This document shows, piece by piece, positions 14,534-25,831 of a DNA stretch of 64,000 nucleotides. The notes under the pieces were generated by a model, which saw only the letters and a program-made list of their open reading frames with translations, was not told where the DNA came from and did not search any database. The stretch is from Escherichia coli (GTDB lineage Bacteria; Pseudomonadota; Gammaproteobacteria; Enterobacterales; Enterobacteriaceae). Where the stretch lies: NCBI RefSeq assembly GCF_003018115.1, contig NZ_CP027457.1. The stretch is one strand, 5' to 3'. Numbering within the stretch: the stretch's first letter is position 1; each line of letters opens with the position of its first letter. A program made the translations under genes and the position numbers.

Positions 14534-16322
14534 GGGTATCTCCTTGGACGTCTGTGAAAGTTTTTTCGGGAATAAAGGTGACCACCACTTCGGTGCCACC
14601 TGATTCACGACGGCGGACGCGGCAATCGCCTCGTAAACTTTGCGCACGGTCGCGCATTATTATCATGCCGTAGTGATTGCTGCGGATGGCATTTTCAGGC
14701 ACGCCGCAGCCGTTATCCTGGACGGTCAGTTTGACCTGATTATCGTTTTGCGCCACCGTCACCACGACCTCACTCGCTTGCGAATGTTTGAGGGCGTTAC
14801 TTAATGCCTCACGGGCAATTTGCAACAAGTGGATTGCCTGATGCGAAGGCACCAGACGAGGCGGCAATTGATAATCCAGCTTCACCGGGAAGCCAAATTT
14901 GGCGCTGTACTCTTCGCAACTCGCCTCCAGCGCCGGACGTAATCCAGGCTCGGTGAGCTGCAAGCGGAATGTGGTGAGCAATTCACGCAACTGCGCCCAG
15001 GATGCATTCAGTTCGTTACGGATCTGACTTAACAGTTCGCGGCTGCTTTCTGGCAGCGCATCGCCCTGCATCTGTAAACAACTCACCTGCATCTTCATGC
15101 AAGAGAGAGATTGGGCAATAGAATCATGCAGTTCGCGCGCAATGGTGGCACGCTCTTCCATCACGATCAACTGTTGCTGACGTTCCTGATGCCGATCCAG
15201 CGCCAGCGTGGCGGTGAGTTGTTCAACCAGGGTATCCACCAGTTGTTGTTGATCATGGCTAAGATGACGCCCCTGCGGCAGGGTCGCCAGCAAAATACCG
15301 TACTGCGTATGAGAGTCAGCCAGCCGCCACTTCAGGGTCGTGCCGCGATCACCAACGGGTAATACGCCGCGCGGGCAGAGCTGGCAGCCTTTATCATCAC
15401 AAGTCATATCTGGCTGGCAGGTAAACTCCTGATGATTCTCTTCATCATCAGTGTCATACACCCGCAGTTCGATATCACGTAGCAGGGTTAAATTCTGTAA
15501 GCCGTTGAGTACAGGTGACAGGCGTTCACACAGCGGGGCGCGGGAATGCAAACGGCGGTTAGCCTGCCATAAAAAAGAGAGGATCTGATTTTTATGCTCC
15601 AGCCCGGCGGTTTTCTCCTGAACCCGCTGCTCAAGTACGGCATAACTTTCGGCCAGTTCTGCAGACATATTGTTCAACGCAGTTCCAAGCATCGCCATTT
15701 CGTTGCGCCCGCTGATGTTTGCGCGTTGGGTAAAATCGCGATGGCTGACGGCACTCGCCATTGCCAGCAGTTGCCGCCACGGTTGTAGCAGTCGCGCCCG
15801 CAACCAGATAATAGTGAACACCAGTAAAAGTGCCATAAATACCGCCATCACCCGATGGACCAGTACCACTGTCTCAATACGCATTTCCGTGGTGCGGTCA
15901 AAACCAGATACCAGCTGATCAAGCCCGGCAACAAACTGGCTGACATCCGCTGATACCGTTTCTCGGTTTTGTGCCCGCATCAGCGCAGGGATCAGTTCAT
16001 TACGCCAGTAATCTTGTAAACCCTGTAATTGCGCCAGTTGTCCGTCTCGTTCTGCTGCTCGAGTCAACTCGGCGCTAAATGCCGTTTGTTCCATCTCTTT
16101 AATTAAGGGCTTGTCTTTCTCGCTTAATGGCACTGCTGCCAACAGACGGTAACTTTGCATGCGCAGCGATCCTGCTTTGTTGATCGCATGGGCGCTGCCC
16201 TGAACGCCTTGCACCAGCCAGCCAGAAACCGCCATCCCTGCCAGTCCAATAGCAGTAGAAAGCAACACAATAAGCGCAACCTGATTAACCAGGGTGAGCG
16301 GAGAGAGACAACGTTTAAGCAT
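14526..16322 (-). CDS. narX: nitrate/nitrite sensor histidine kinase NarX
   Basis: 598-aa ORF with two TM segments, HAMP and H-box (ELHDSIAQ); 8-nt overlap with narL. Confidence 0.95.
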
Positions 16323-16549
16323 GTAAACCTCTTCCTTCAGGCTTTAAATGAGCAATAACCTTAATGAATGTGACGATACATTCTGGAATGGCAGTATTCT
16401 CGGCTATTGGCTGAAGTATACCCATACCCGGAAAGAGTTACTCCTTATTTGCCGTGTGGTTAGTCGCTTTACATCGGTAAGGGTAGGGATTCTACAGCGC
16501 CGTGAAAAATCTCATAATTTTTATGAAATCACTGTACTCACTATGGGTA

Positions 16550-16563
16550 ATGATAAATATCAA
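16550..16563 (+). promoter_or_regulatory. FNR-box-like site in narK promoter (aTGATaaatATCAA)
   Basis: near-consensus TTGAT-N4-ATCAA dyad about 100 bp upstream of narK. Confidence 0.5.
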
Positions 16564-16660
16564 TGATAGATAAAGTTATCTTATCGTTTGATTTACATCA
16601 AATTGCCTTTAGCTACAGACACTAAGGTGGCAGACATCGAAACGAGTATCAGAGGTGTCT

Positions 16661-18052
16661 ATGAGTCACTCATCCGCCCCCGAAAGGGCTACTGGAGCTG
16701 TCATTACAGATTGGCGACCGGAAGATCCTGCGTTCTGGCAACAACGCGGTCAACGTATTGCCAGCCGCAACCTGTGGATTTCCGTTCCCTGTCTGCTGCT
16801 GGCGTTTTGCGTATGGATGTTGTTCAGTGCTGTTGCGGTGAACTTACCGAAAGTCGGTTTTAATTTTACGACCGATCAGCTATTTATGTTGACTGCGCTG
16901 CCTTCGGTTTCTGGCGCGTTATTACGTGTTCCATACTCCTTTATGGTTCCTATCTTCGGTGGTCGTCGCTGGACGGCGTTCAGCACCGGTATTCTGATTA
17001 TTCCTTGTGTCTGGCTGGGTTTTGCCGTGCAGGATACCTCCACGCCTTATAGCGTCTTCATCATCATCTCTCTGCTGTGCGGCTTTGCTGGCGCGAACTT
17101 CGCTTCCAGTATGGCAAACATCAGCTTCTTCTTTCCGAAACAGAAGCAGGGGGGCGCGCTGGGTCTGAATGGTGGTCTGGGCAATATGGGCGTCAGCGTC
17201 ATGCAGTTGGTTGCTCCGCTGGTGGTATCACTGTCGATTTTCGCAGTATTTGGTAGCCAGGGCGTCAAACAGCCGGATGGGACTGAGCTGTATCTGGCGA
17301 ATGCGTCCTGGATATGGGTGCCGTTCCTTGCCATCTTCACCATTGCGGCGTGGTTTGGCATGAACGATCTTGCTACCTCGAAAGCCTCCATCAAGGAGCA
17401 GTTGCCGGTACTCAAACGGGGTCATCTGTGGATTATGAGCCTGCTGTATCTGGCAACCTTCGGCTCCTTTATCGGCTTCTCCGCGGGCTTTGCGATGCTG
17501 TCAAAAACGCAGTTCCCGGATGTTCAGATTCTGCAATACGCTTTCTTCGGGCCGTTTATTGGTGCGCTGGCGCGTTCTGCAGGTGGTGCATTATCTGACC
17601 GTCTGGGCGGAACTCGTGTCACGCTGGTGAACTTTATTCTGATGGCGATTTTCAGCGGCCTGCTGTTCCTGACCTTACCGACTGACGGGCAGGGCGGAAG
17701 CTTCATGGCGTTCTTCGCGGTCTTCCTGGCGCTGTTCCTGACAGCTGGGCTGGGTAGTGGTTCCACTTTCCAGATGATTTCAGTGATCTTCCGTAAACTG
17801 ACAATGGATCGCGTGAAAGCAGAAGGGGGTTCTGACGAACGTGCGATGCGTGAAGCGGCAACCGACACGGCGGCGGCGCTGGGTTTCATCTCTGCGATTG
17901 GCGCGATTGGGGGCTTCTTTATCCCGAAAGCGTTTGGTAGCTCGCTGGCATTAACGGGTTCGCCAGTCGGCGCAATGAAAGTATTTTTAATTTTCTATAT
18001 CGCCTGCGTAGTGATTACCTGGGCGGTATATGGTCGGCATTCTAAAAAATAA
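16661..18052 (+). CDS. narK: nitrate/nitrite transporter (MFS)
   Basis: ORF 16655..18052; NarK sequence starts at second Met (MSHSSAPERATGAVITDW...), 463 aa. Confidence 0.93.
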   Translation: MSHSSAPERATGAVITDWRPEDPAFWQQRGQRIASRNLWISVPCLLLAFCVWMLFSAVAVNLPKVGFNFTTDQLFMLTALPSVSGALLRVPYSFMVPIFGGRRWTAFSTGILIIPCVWLGFAVQDTSTPYSVFIIISLLCGFAGANFASSMANISFFFPKQKQGGALGLNGGLGNMGVSVMQLVAPLVVSLSIFAVFGSQGVKQPDGTELYLANASWIWVPFLAIFTIAAWFGMNDLATSKASIKEQLPVLKRGHLWIMSLLYLATFGSFIGFSAGFAMLSKTQFPDVQILQYAFFGPFIGALARSAGGALSDRLGGTRVTLVNFILMAIFSGLLFLTLPTDGQGGSFMAFFAVFLALFLTAGLGSGSTFQMISVIFRKLTMDRVKAEGGSDERAMREAATDTAAALGFISAIGAIGGFFIPKAFGSSLALTGSPVGAMKVFLIFYIACVVITWAVYGRHSKK

Positions 18053-18189
18053 ATCTTAATATTTGATTATCCTTTGCGCGGCATGATGTCGCGCTTTTTT
18101 TATGCGTCATTTAGTTACAACATACTAATGTTATATGGTTTATTTCGCCGGATTTCATTAAGAGCCATTAATATGTTACCCATGGGGAA

Positions 18190-18206
18190 TACTCCTTAAT
18201 ACCCAT
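18190..18206 (+). promoter_or_regulatory. NarL heptamer pair (TACTCCT / TACCCAT) upstream of narG
   Basis: two TACYYMT heptamers about 200 bp upstream of the FNR box. Confidence 0.55.
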
Positions 18207-18339
18207 TTGCATAAAAATCTTAATAGTTTAAATAACTACAGGTATAAAACGTCTTAATTTACAGCATGTTATGCTGTAACTGTTAATTATCCTAAAGGGG
18301 TATCTTAGGAATTTACTTTATTTTTCATCCCCATCACTC

Positions 18340-18353
18340 TTGATCGTTATCAA
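18340..18353 (+). promoter_or_regulatory. FNR box (TTGATcgttATCAA) of narG promoter
   Basis: perfect TTGAT-N4-ATCAA dyad about 90 bp upstream of narG start. Confidence 0.8.
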
Positions 18354-18444
18354 TTCCCACGCTGTTTCAGAGCGTTACCTTGCCCTTAAACATTAGCAAT
18401 GTCGATTTATCAGAGGGCCGACAGGCTCCCACAGGAGAAAACCG

Positions 18445-21400
18445 ATGAGTAAATTCCTGGACCGGTTTCGCTACTTCAAACAGAAGGGTGAAACCTTTGC
18501 CGATGGGCATGGCCAGCTTCTCAATACCAACCGTGACTGGGAGGATGGATATCGCCAGCGTTGGCAGCATGACAAAATCGTCCGCTCTACCCACGGGGTA
18601 AACTGCACCGGCTCCTGCAGCTGGAAAATCTACGTCAAAAACGGTCTGGTCACTTGGGAAACCCAGCAGACTGACTATCCGCGTACCCGTCCGGATCTGC
18701 CAAACCATGAACCTCGCGGCTGCCCGCGCGGTGCCAGCTACTCCTGGTATCTTTACAGTGCCAACCGCCTGAAATACCCGATGATGCGCAAACGCCTGAT
18801 GAAAATGTGGCGTGAAGCGAAGGCGCTGCATAGCGATCCGGTTGAGGCATGGGCTTCTATCATTGAAGACGCCGATAAAGCGAAAAGCTTTAAGCAGGCG
18901 CGTGGACGCGGTGGTTTTGTTCGTTCTTCCTGGCAGGAGGTGAACGAACTGATCGCCGCATCTAACGTTTACACCATCAAAAACTACGGCCCGGACCGTG
19001 TTGCTGGTTTCTCGCCAATTCCGGCAATGTCGATGGTTTCTTACGCATCGGGTGCACGCTATCTCTCGCTGATTGGCGGTACTTGCTTAAGCTTCTACGA
19101 CTGGTACTGCGACCTGCCTCCTGCGTCGCCGCAAACCTGGGGCGAGCAAACTGACGTACCGGAATCTGCTGACTGGTACAACTCCAGCTACATCATCGCC
19201 TGGGGTTCAAACGTGCCGCAGACGCGTACCCCAGATGCTCACTTCTTTACTGAAGTGCGTTACAAAGGCACCAAAACTGTTGCCGTCACACCAGACTACG
19301 CTGAAATCGCCAAACTGTGCGATCTGTGGCTGGCACCGAAACAGGGCACCGATGCGGCAATGGCGCTGGCGATGGGCCACGTAATGCTGCGTGAATTCCA
19401 TCTCGACAACCCAAGCCAGTATTTCACCGACTATGTGCGTCGCTACACCGACATGCCGATGCTGGTGATGCTGGAAGAACGCGACGGTTACTACGCTGCA
19501 GGTCGTATGCTGCGCGCTGCTGATCTGGTTGATGCGCTGGGCCAGGAAAACAATCCGGAATGGAAAACTGTCGCCTTTAATACCAATGGCGAAATGGTTG
19601 CGCCGAACGGTTCTATTGGCTTCCGCTGGGGCGAGAAGGGCAAATGGAATCTTGAGCAGCGCGACGGCAAAACTGGCGAAGAAACCGAGCTGCAACTGAG
19701 CCTGCTGGGTAGCCAGGATGAGATCGCTGAGGTAGGCTTCCCGTACTTTGGTGGCGACGGCACGGAACACTTCAACAAAGTGGAACTGGAAAACGTGCTG
19801 CTGCACAAACTGCCGGTGAAACGCCTGCAACTGGCTGATGGCAGCACCGCCCTGGTGACCACCGTTTATGATCTGACGCTGGCAAACTACGGTCTGGAAC
19901 GTGGCCTGAACGACGTTAACTGTGCAACCAGCTATGACGATGTGAAAGCTTATACCCCGGCCTGGGCCGAGCAGATTACCGGCGTTTCTCGCAGCCAGAT
20001 TATTCGCATCGCCCGTGAATTTGCCGATAACGCTGATAAAACGCACGGTCGTTCGATGATTATCGTCGGTGCGGGGCTGAACCACTGGTATCACCTCGAT
20101 ATGAACTATCGTGGTCTGATCAACATGCTGATTTTCTGCGGCTGTGTCGGTCAGAGCGGGGGCGGCTGGGCGCACTATGTAGGTCAGGAAAAACTGCGTC
20201 CGCAAACCGGCTGGCAGCCGCTGGCGTTTGCCCTTGACTGGCAGCGTCCGGCGCGTCACATGAACAGCACTTCTTATTTCTATAACCACTCCAGCCAGTG
20301 GCGTTATGAAACCGTCACGGCGGAAGAGTTGCTGTCACCGATGGCGGATAAATCCCGTTATACCGGACACCTGATCGACTTTAACGTCCGTGCGGAACGC
20401 ATGGGCTGGCTGCCGTCTGCACCGCAGTTAGGCACTAACCCGCTGACTATCGCTGGCGAAGCGGAAAAAGCCGGGATGAATCCGGTGGACTATACGGTGA
20501 AATCCCTGAAAGAGGGTTCCATCCGTTTTGCGGCAGAACAACCAGAAAACGGTAAAAACCACCCGCGCAACCTGTTCATCTGGCGTTCTAACCTGCTCGG
20601 TTCTTCCGGTAAAGGTCATGAGTTTATGCTCAAGTACCTGCTGGGGACGGAGCACGGTATCCAGGGTAAAGATCTGGGGCAGCAGGGCGGCGTGAAGCCG
20701 GAAGAAGTGGACTGGCAGGACAATGGTCTGGAAGGCAAGCTGGATCTGGTGGTTACGCTGGACTTCCGTCTGTCGAGCACCTGCCTCTATTCCGACATCA
20801 TTTTGCCGACGGCGACCTGGTACGAAAAAGACGACATGAATACTTCGGATATGCATCCGTTTATTCACCCGCTGTCTGCGGCGGTCGATCCGGCCTGGGA
20901 AGCGAAAAGCGACTGGGAAATCTACAAAGCCATCGCGAAGAAATTCTCCGAAGTGTGCGTCGGCCATCTGGGTAAAGAAACCGATATCGTCACGCTGCCT
21001 ATCCAGCACGACTCTGCCGCTGAACTGGCGCAGCCGCTGGATGTGAAAGACTGGAAAAAAGGCGAATGCGACCTGATCCCAGGCAAAACTGCACCGCACA
21101 TTATGGTCGTAGAGCGCGATTATCCGGCAACTTACGAACGCTTTACTTCTATCGGCCCGCTGATGGAGAAAATCGGTAACGGCGGTAAAGGGATTGCCTG
21201 GAACACCCAGAGCGAGATGGATCTGCTGCGTAAGCTCAACTACACCAAAGCGGAAGGTCCGGCGAAAGGCCAGCCGATGCTGAACACCGCAATTGATGCG
21301 GCAGAGATGATCCTGACACTGGCACCGGAAACCAACGGTCAGGTAGCCGTGAAAGCCTGGGCTGCCCTGAGCGAATTTACCGGTCGTGACCATACGCATC

Positions 21401-22188
21401 TGGCGCTGAATAAAGAAGACGAGAAGATCCGCTTCCGCGATATTCAGGCACAGCCGCGCAAAATTATCTCCAGCCCGACCTGGTCTGGTCTGGAAGATGA
21501 ACACGTTTCTTACAACGCCGGTTACACCAACGTTCACGAGCTGATCCCATGGCGTACGCTCTCTGGTCGTCAGCAACTGTATCAGGATCACCAGTGGATG
21601 CGTGATTTCGGTGAAAGCCTGCTGGTTTATCGTCCGCCGATCGACACCCGTTCGGTGAAAGAAGTGATAGGCCAGAAATCCAACGGCAACCCGGAAAAAG
21701 CGCTCAACTTCCTGACGCCGCACCAGAAGTGGGGTATCCACTCCACCTACAGCGACAACCTGCTGATGCTGACTTTAGGTCGCGGTGGTCCGGTAGTCTG
21801 GTTGAGTGAAGCCGATGCCAAAGATCTGGGTATCGCCGATAACGACTGGATTGAAGTCTTCAACAGCAACGGTGCGCTGACTGCCCGTGCGGTTGTCAGC
21901 CAGCGTGTTCCGGCAGGGATGACCATGATGTACCACGCGCAGGAACGTATCGTTAACCTGCCTGGTTCGGAAATTACCCAACAGCGTGGTGGTATCCATA
22001 ACTCGGTCACCCGTATCACGCCGAAACCGACGCATATGATCGGCGGCTATGCACATCTGGCATACGGCTTTAACTACTACGGCACCGTAGGTTCTAACCG
22101 CGATGAGTTTGTTGTAGTGCGTAAGATGAAGAACATTGACTGGTTAGATGGCGAAGGCAATGACCAGGTACAGGAGAGCGTAAAATGA
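18445..22188 (+). CDS. narG: respiratory nitrate reductase alpha subunit
   Basis: 1247-aa ORF with N-terminal His/Cys Fe-S motif (HGVNCTGSCSWK) and molybdopterin-oxidoreductase length. Confidence 0.96.
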   Translation: MSKFLDRFRYFKQKGETFADGHGQLLNTNRDWEDGYRQRWQHDKIVRSTHGVNCTGSCSWKIYVKNGLVTWETQQTDYPRTRPDLPNHEPRGCPRGASYSWYLYSANRLKYPMMRKRLMKMWREAKALHSDPVEAWASIIEDADKAKSFKQARGRGGFVRSSWQEVNELIAASNVYTIKNYGPDRVAGFSPIPAMSMVSYASGARYLSLIGGTCLSFYDWYCDLPPASPQTWGEQTDVPESADWYNSSYIIAWGSNVPQTRTPDAHFFTEVRYKGTKTVAVTPDYAEIAKLCDLWLAPKQGTDAAMALAMGHVMLREFHLDNPSQYFTDYVRRYTDMPMLVMLEERDGYYAAGRMLRAADLVDALGQENNPEWKTVAFNTNGEMVAPNGSIGFRWGEKGKWNLEQRDGKTGEETELQLSLLGSQDEIAEVGFPYFGGDGTEHFNKVELENVLLHKLPVKRLQLADGSTALVTTVYDLTLANYGLERGLNDVNCATSYDDVKAYTPAWAEQITGVSRSQIIRIAREFADNADKTHGRSMIIVGAGLNHWYHLDMNYRGLINMLIFCGCVGQSGGGWAHYVGQEKLRPQTGWQPLAFALDWQRPARHMNSTSYFYNHSSQWRYETVTAEELLSPMADKSRYTGHLIDFNVRAERMGWLPSAPQLGTNPLTIAGEAEKAGMNPVDYTVKSLKEGSIRFAAEQPENGKNHPRNLFIWRSNLLGSSGKGHEFMLKYLLGTEHGIQGKDLGQQGGVKPEEVDWQDNGLEGKLDLVVTLDFRLSSTCLYSDIILPTATWYEKDDMNTSDMHPFIHPLSAAVDPAWEAKSDWEIYKAIAKKFSEVCVGHLGKETDIVTLPIQHDSAAELAQPLDVKDWKKGECDLIPGKTAPHIMVVERDYPATYERFTSIGPLMEKIGNGGKGIAWNTQSEMDLLRKLNYTKAEGPAKGQPMLNTAIDAAEMILTLAPETNGQVAVKAWAALSEFTGRDHTHLALNKEDEKIRFRDIQAQPRKIISSPTWSGLEDEHVSYNAGYTNVHELIPWRTLSGRQQLYQDHQWMRDFGESLLVYRPPIDTRSVKEVIGQKSNGNPEKALNFLTPHQKWGIHSTYSDNLLMLTLGRGGPVVWLSEADAKDLGIADNDWIEVFNSNGALTARAVVSQRVPAGMTMMYHAQERIVNLPGSEITQQRGGIHNSVTRITPKPTHMIGGYAHLAYGFNYYGTVGSNRDEFVVVRKMKNIDWLDGEGNDQVQESVK

Positions 22189-23723
22189 AAATTCGTTCAC
22201 AAGTCGGCATGGTGCTGAATCTCGATAAGTGCATCGGCTGCCACACCTGTTCAGTTACCTGTAAAAACGTCTGGACCAGCCGTGAAGGCGTGGAATACGC
22301 GTGGTTCAACAACGTGGAAACCAAGCCGGGCCAGGGCTTCCCGACTGACTGGGAAAACCAGGAAAAATACAAAGGCGGCTGGATCCGTAAAATCAACGGC
22401 AAACTGCAGCCGCGCATGGGTAACCGTGCCATGCTGCTGGGTAAAATCTTCGCTAACCCGCATCTGCCGGGGATCGACGATTATTACGAGCCGTTCGATT
22501 TTGACTATCAGAACCTGCATACCGCGCCGGAAGGCAGCAAATCGCAGCCGATTGCCCGTCCGCGTTCGCTGATTACCGGGGAACGGATGGCGAAAATCGA
22601 AAAAGGGCCGAACTGGGAAGATGACCTGGGCGGTGAGTTTGACAAACTGGCGAAAGACAAGAACTTCGACAACATCCAGAAGGCGATGTATAGCCAGTTC
22701 GAAAACACCTTCATGATGTATTTGCCGCGCCTGTGCGAACACTGCCTGAACCCGGCATGTGTGGCGACCTGCCCGAGCGGTGCGATTTACAAGCGTGAAG
22801 AAGATGGCATCGTCCTGATCGACCAGGATAAATGCCGTGGCTGGCGTATGTGCATCACCGGATGCCCGTACAAAAAAATCTACTTCAACTGGAAGAGCGG
22901 TAAGTCTGAGAAGTGCATTTTCTGCTATCCGCGTATTGAAGCGGGTCAGCCGACCGTGTGCTCAGAAACCTGTGTCGGTCGTATCCGTTATCTTGGCGTG
23001 CTGCTGTACGATGCCGACGCGATTGAATGTGCAGCCAGCACCGAGAACGAGAAAGATCTCTACCAGCGTCAGCTGGAGGTGTTCCTCGACCCGAACGATC
23101 CGAAAGTCATCGAGCAGGCGATTAAAGACGGTATTCCGCTGAGCGTTATTGAAGCTGCACAGCAGTCGCCGGTTTATAAAATGGCAATGGAATGGAAACT
23201 GGCGCTGCCGCTGCATCCAGAATATCGCACACTGCCGATGGTCTGGTACGTGCCGCCTCTGTCTCCGATTCAGTCTGCAGCAGACGCGGGTGAGCTGGGT
23301 AGCAACGGCATTCTGCCAGACGTCGAAAGCCTGCGTATTCCGGTACAGTATCTGGCGAATCTGCTGACCGCCGGTGATACCAAACCGGTACTGCGCGCGC
23401 TGAAACGTATGCTGGCGATGCGTCATTATAAACGTGCTGAAACCGTTGACGGGAAAGTGGATACCCGTGCGCTGGAAGAGGTCGGTCTGACCGAAGCCCA
23501 GGCACAGGAGATGTACCGTTATCTGGCGATTGCTAACTACGAAGATCGCTTTGTGGTGCCGAGTAGTCATCGTGAACTGGCGCGGGAAGCCTTCCCGGAG
23601 AAAAATGGCTGCGGCTTTACCTTTGGTGATGGCTGCCACGGTTCAGATACCAAATTCAATCTGTTCAACAGCCGCCGTATCGATGCCATCGACGTAACCA
23701 GCAAAACGGAGCCGCACCCATGA
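22185..23723 (+). CDS. narH: respiratory nitrate reductase beta subunit (Fe-S)
   Basis: 512-aa ORF with multiple CxxCxxCxxxCP ferredoxin motifs; overlaps narG stop. Confidence 0.96.
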   Translation: MKIRSQVGMVLNLDKCIGCHTCSVTCKNVWTSREGVEYAWFNNVETKPGQGFPTDWENQEKYKGGWIRKINGKLQPRMGNRAMLLGKIFANPHLPGIDDYYEPFDFDYQNLHTAPEGSKSQPIARPRSLITGERMAKIEKGPNWEDDLGGEFDKLAKDKNFDNIQKAMYSQFENTFMMYLPRLCEHCLNPACVATCPSGAIYKREEDGIVLIDQDKCRGWRMCITGCPYKKIYFNWKSGKSEKCIFCYPRIEAGQPTVCSETCVGRIRYLGVLLYDADAIECAASTENEKDLYQRQLEVFLDPNDPKVIEQAIKDGIPLSVIEAAQQSPVYKMAMEWKLALPLHPEYRTLPMVWYVPPLSPIQSAADAGELGSNGILPDVESLRIPVQYLANLLTAGDTKPVLRALKRMLAMRHYKRAETVDGKVDTRALEEVGLTEAQAQEMYRYLAIANYEDRFVVPSSHRELAREAFPEKNGCGFTFGDGCHGSDTKFNLFNSRRIDAIDVTSKTEPHP

Positions 23724-24430
23724 TCGAACTCGTGATTGTATCGCGTCTCCTTGAATATCCGGATGCTGCCTTATGGCAGCATCAACAAGAGATGTTTGAG
23801 GCGATTGCCGCGTCGAAAAATCTGCCAAAAGAGGATGCCCATGCGCTGGGCATTTTCCTGCGCGATTTAACGACGATGGATCCGCTCGATGCCCAGGCGC
23901 AGTACAGCGAACTGTTCGACCGTGGCCGCGCCACGTCACTGTTGCTGTTTGAACATGTGCACGGCGAATCCCGCGACCGCGGCCAGGCGATGGTGGACCT
24001 GCTGGCGCAGTACGAGCAGCACGGCTTGCAGTTAAACAGCCGCGAATTGCCGGACCATCTGCCGCTGTATCTGGAGTACCTGGCGCAGCTGCCGCAAAGC
24101 GAAGCCGTGGAAGGTTTGAAAGATATCGCGCCGATTCTGGCATTGCTGAGCGCGCGTCTGCAACAGCGTGAAAGCCGTTATGCCGTGCTGTTTGATCTGC
24201 TGCTGAAATTGGCCAATACCGCTATCGACAGCGACAAAGTGGCGGAAAAAATTGCCGACGAAGCGCGCGATGATACGCCGCAGGCGCTGGATGCTGTCTG
24301 GGAAGAAGAGCAGGTTAAATTCTTTGCTGACAAAGGCTGCGGTGATTCAGCAATCACTGCTCATCAGCGTCGCTTTGCCGGTGCCGTCGCGCCGCAATAT
24401 CTGAATATCACCACCGGAGGACAGCACTAA
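23720..24430 (+). CDS. narJ: nitrate reductase assembly chaperone
   Basis: 236-aa ORF overlapping narH stop. Confidence 0.94.
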   Translation: MIELVIVSRLLEYPDAALWQHQQEMFEAIAASKNLPKEDAHALGIFLRDLTTMDPLDAQAQYSELFDRGRATSLLLFEHVHGESRDRGQAMVDLLAQYEQHGLQLNSRELPDHLPLYLEYLAQLPQSEAVEGLKDIAPILALLSARLQQRESRYAVLFDLLLKLANTAIDSDKVAEKIADEARDDTPQALDAVWEEEQVKFFADKGCGDSAITAHQRRFAGAVAPQYLNITTGGQH

Positions 24431-25107
24431 TGCAATTCCTGAATATGTTCTTCTTTGATATCTACCCGTACATAGCCGGGGCGGTCTTCCTGATTGGTAG
24501 CTGGCTGCGTTATGACTACGGGCAGTACACCTGGCGCGCGGCGTCCAGCCAGATGCTGGATCGCAAAGGGATGAACCTGGCGTCGAACCTGTTCCATATC
24601 GGTATTCTGGGGATTTTTGTCGGTCACTTCTTCGGTATGCTGACGCCGCACTGGATGTATGAAGCCTGGCTGCCGATTGAAGTGAAACAGAAAATGGCCA
24701 TGTTTGCTGGTGGTGCCAGCGGCGTGCTGTGTCTGATTGGCGGCGTGCTGTTGCTTAAGCGTCGTCTGTTCAGCCCACGCGTGCGTGCAACCACTACCGG
24801 AGCGGATATCCTGATCCTGTCGCTGCTCGTTATCCAGTGCGCGCTGGGCCTGTTGACCATTCCGTTCTCCGCCCAGCATATGGACGGTAGTGAGATGATG
24901 AAACTGGTTGGCTGGGCGCAGTCGGTAGTGACCTTCCACGGTGGCGCTTCTCAACACCTTGATGGTGTAGCGTTTATCTTCCGTCTGCACCTGGTGTTGG
25001 GGATGACGTTATTCCTGCTGTTCCCGTTCTCGCGTCTGGTGCACATCTGGAGCGTACCGGTGGAGTATCTGACACGTAAGTATCAGTTGGTGCGCGCTCG
25101 TCACTAA
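24430..25107 (+). CDS. narI: respiratory nitrate reductase gamma subunit (cytochrome b)
   Basis: 225-aa polytopic membrane ORF overlapping narJ stop. Confidence 0.95.
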   Translation: MQFLNMFFFDIYPYIAGAVFLIGSWLRYDYGQYTWRAASSQMLDRKGMNLASNLFHIGILGIFVGHFFGMLTPHWMYEAWLPIEVKQKMAMFAGGASGVLCLIGGVLLLKRRLFSPRVRATTTGADILILSLLVIQCALGLLTIPFSAQHMDGSEMMKLVGWAQSVVTFHGGASQHLDGVAFIFRLHLVLGMTLFLLFPFSRLVHIWSVPVEYLTRKYQLVRARH

Positions 25108-25128
25108 GCGAATTTTAGTTCACATAGA

Positions 25129-25151
25129 CCCTGCTTCGGCGGGGTTTTTTT
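25129..25151 (+). terminator. rho-independent terminator of narGHJI
   Basis: ccctgc-ttcg-gcgggg hairpin followed by TTTTTTT. Confidence 0.75.
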
Positions 25152-25182
25152 ATGGGCACGGTGCGGGGTGAGTTGTCGGATG

Positions 25183-25207
25183 CGCTTCGCTTATCCGACC
25201 TACAGGG
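25183..25207. repeat. REP-like palindromic element
   Basis: gtcggatgcgcttcgcttatccgacctaca resembles the REP consensus (GCCGGATG...TTATCCGGCCTACA). Confidence 0.5.
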
Positions 25208-25290
25208 GAGGATATTGTAGGCCCGGTAAACGTGGTGCCATCGGGCAAAATTAGCTCGGAGTAACAGGTTTTGATTATTTAAGGAAGCGA

Positions 25291-25468
25291 TGGTGGTGAG
25301 GGAAGGATTACTCAGCGCTGCGCGCTTCGCCCTTCGGGTCGTTGCCAGCGGCAACGCTCTCTCGCTGGCGCTCAAGTCGAACCTTGGTCGAAGCTTCTCA
25401 TCCTTCCCCGCTTGGGCAGAATATTTAATTACGGATTCGTTGGGAAGTTCAGGGACTTTTGAAAGTGA
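25291..25468 (-). repeat. 178-bp tyrT-operon distal repeat unit
   Basis: begins exactly 178 bp downstream of the tyrV 3' end with a degenerate copy of the tRNA 3' 19 nt (tggtggtgagggaaggatt). Confidence 0.55.
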
Positions 25469-25553
<85 letters not shown>

Positions 25554-25587
25554 AGGGGTAATTCAAATTTTGAGGTAATGCTTGAGG

Positions 25588-25672
<85 letters not shown>

Positions 25673-25722
25673 ACGGGGTAATGCTTTTTACTGGCCTGCT
25701 CCCTTATCGGGAAGCGGGGCGC

Positions 25723-25750
25723 ATCATATCAAATGACGCGCCGCTGTAAA
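25723..25750 (-). promoter_or_regulatory. tyrT promoter (-35 TTTACA, -10 TATGAT, GC-rich discriminator)
   Basis: reverse strand reads TTTACAGCGGCGCGTCATTTGATATGATGCGCCCCGCTTCCCGATAAGGG, the classical stringently controlled tyrT promoter. Confidence 0.8.
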
Positions 25751-25831
25751 GTGTTACGTTGAGAAAAATGAACTGGTTGCGTAATTTTCATCCGTAACGG
25801 ATTAAAGGTAACCAGTTATTTTTGCTGGCGA

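Noticed and set aside
19207-21741. Long antisense ORFs inside narG (19207..20289, 20428..21741 on the minus strand)
   Set aside because: Shadow frames of a GC-rich, highly conserved gene; low-complexity Arg/Val/Phe-rich translations with no motifs; narG itself is unambiguous.
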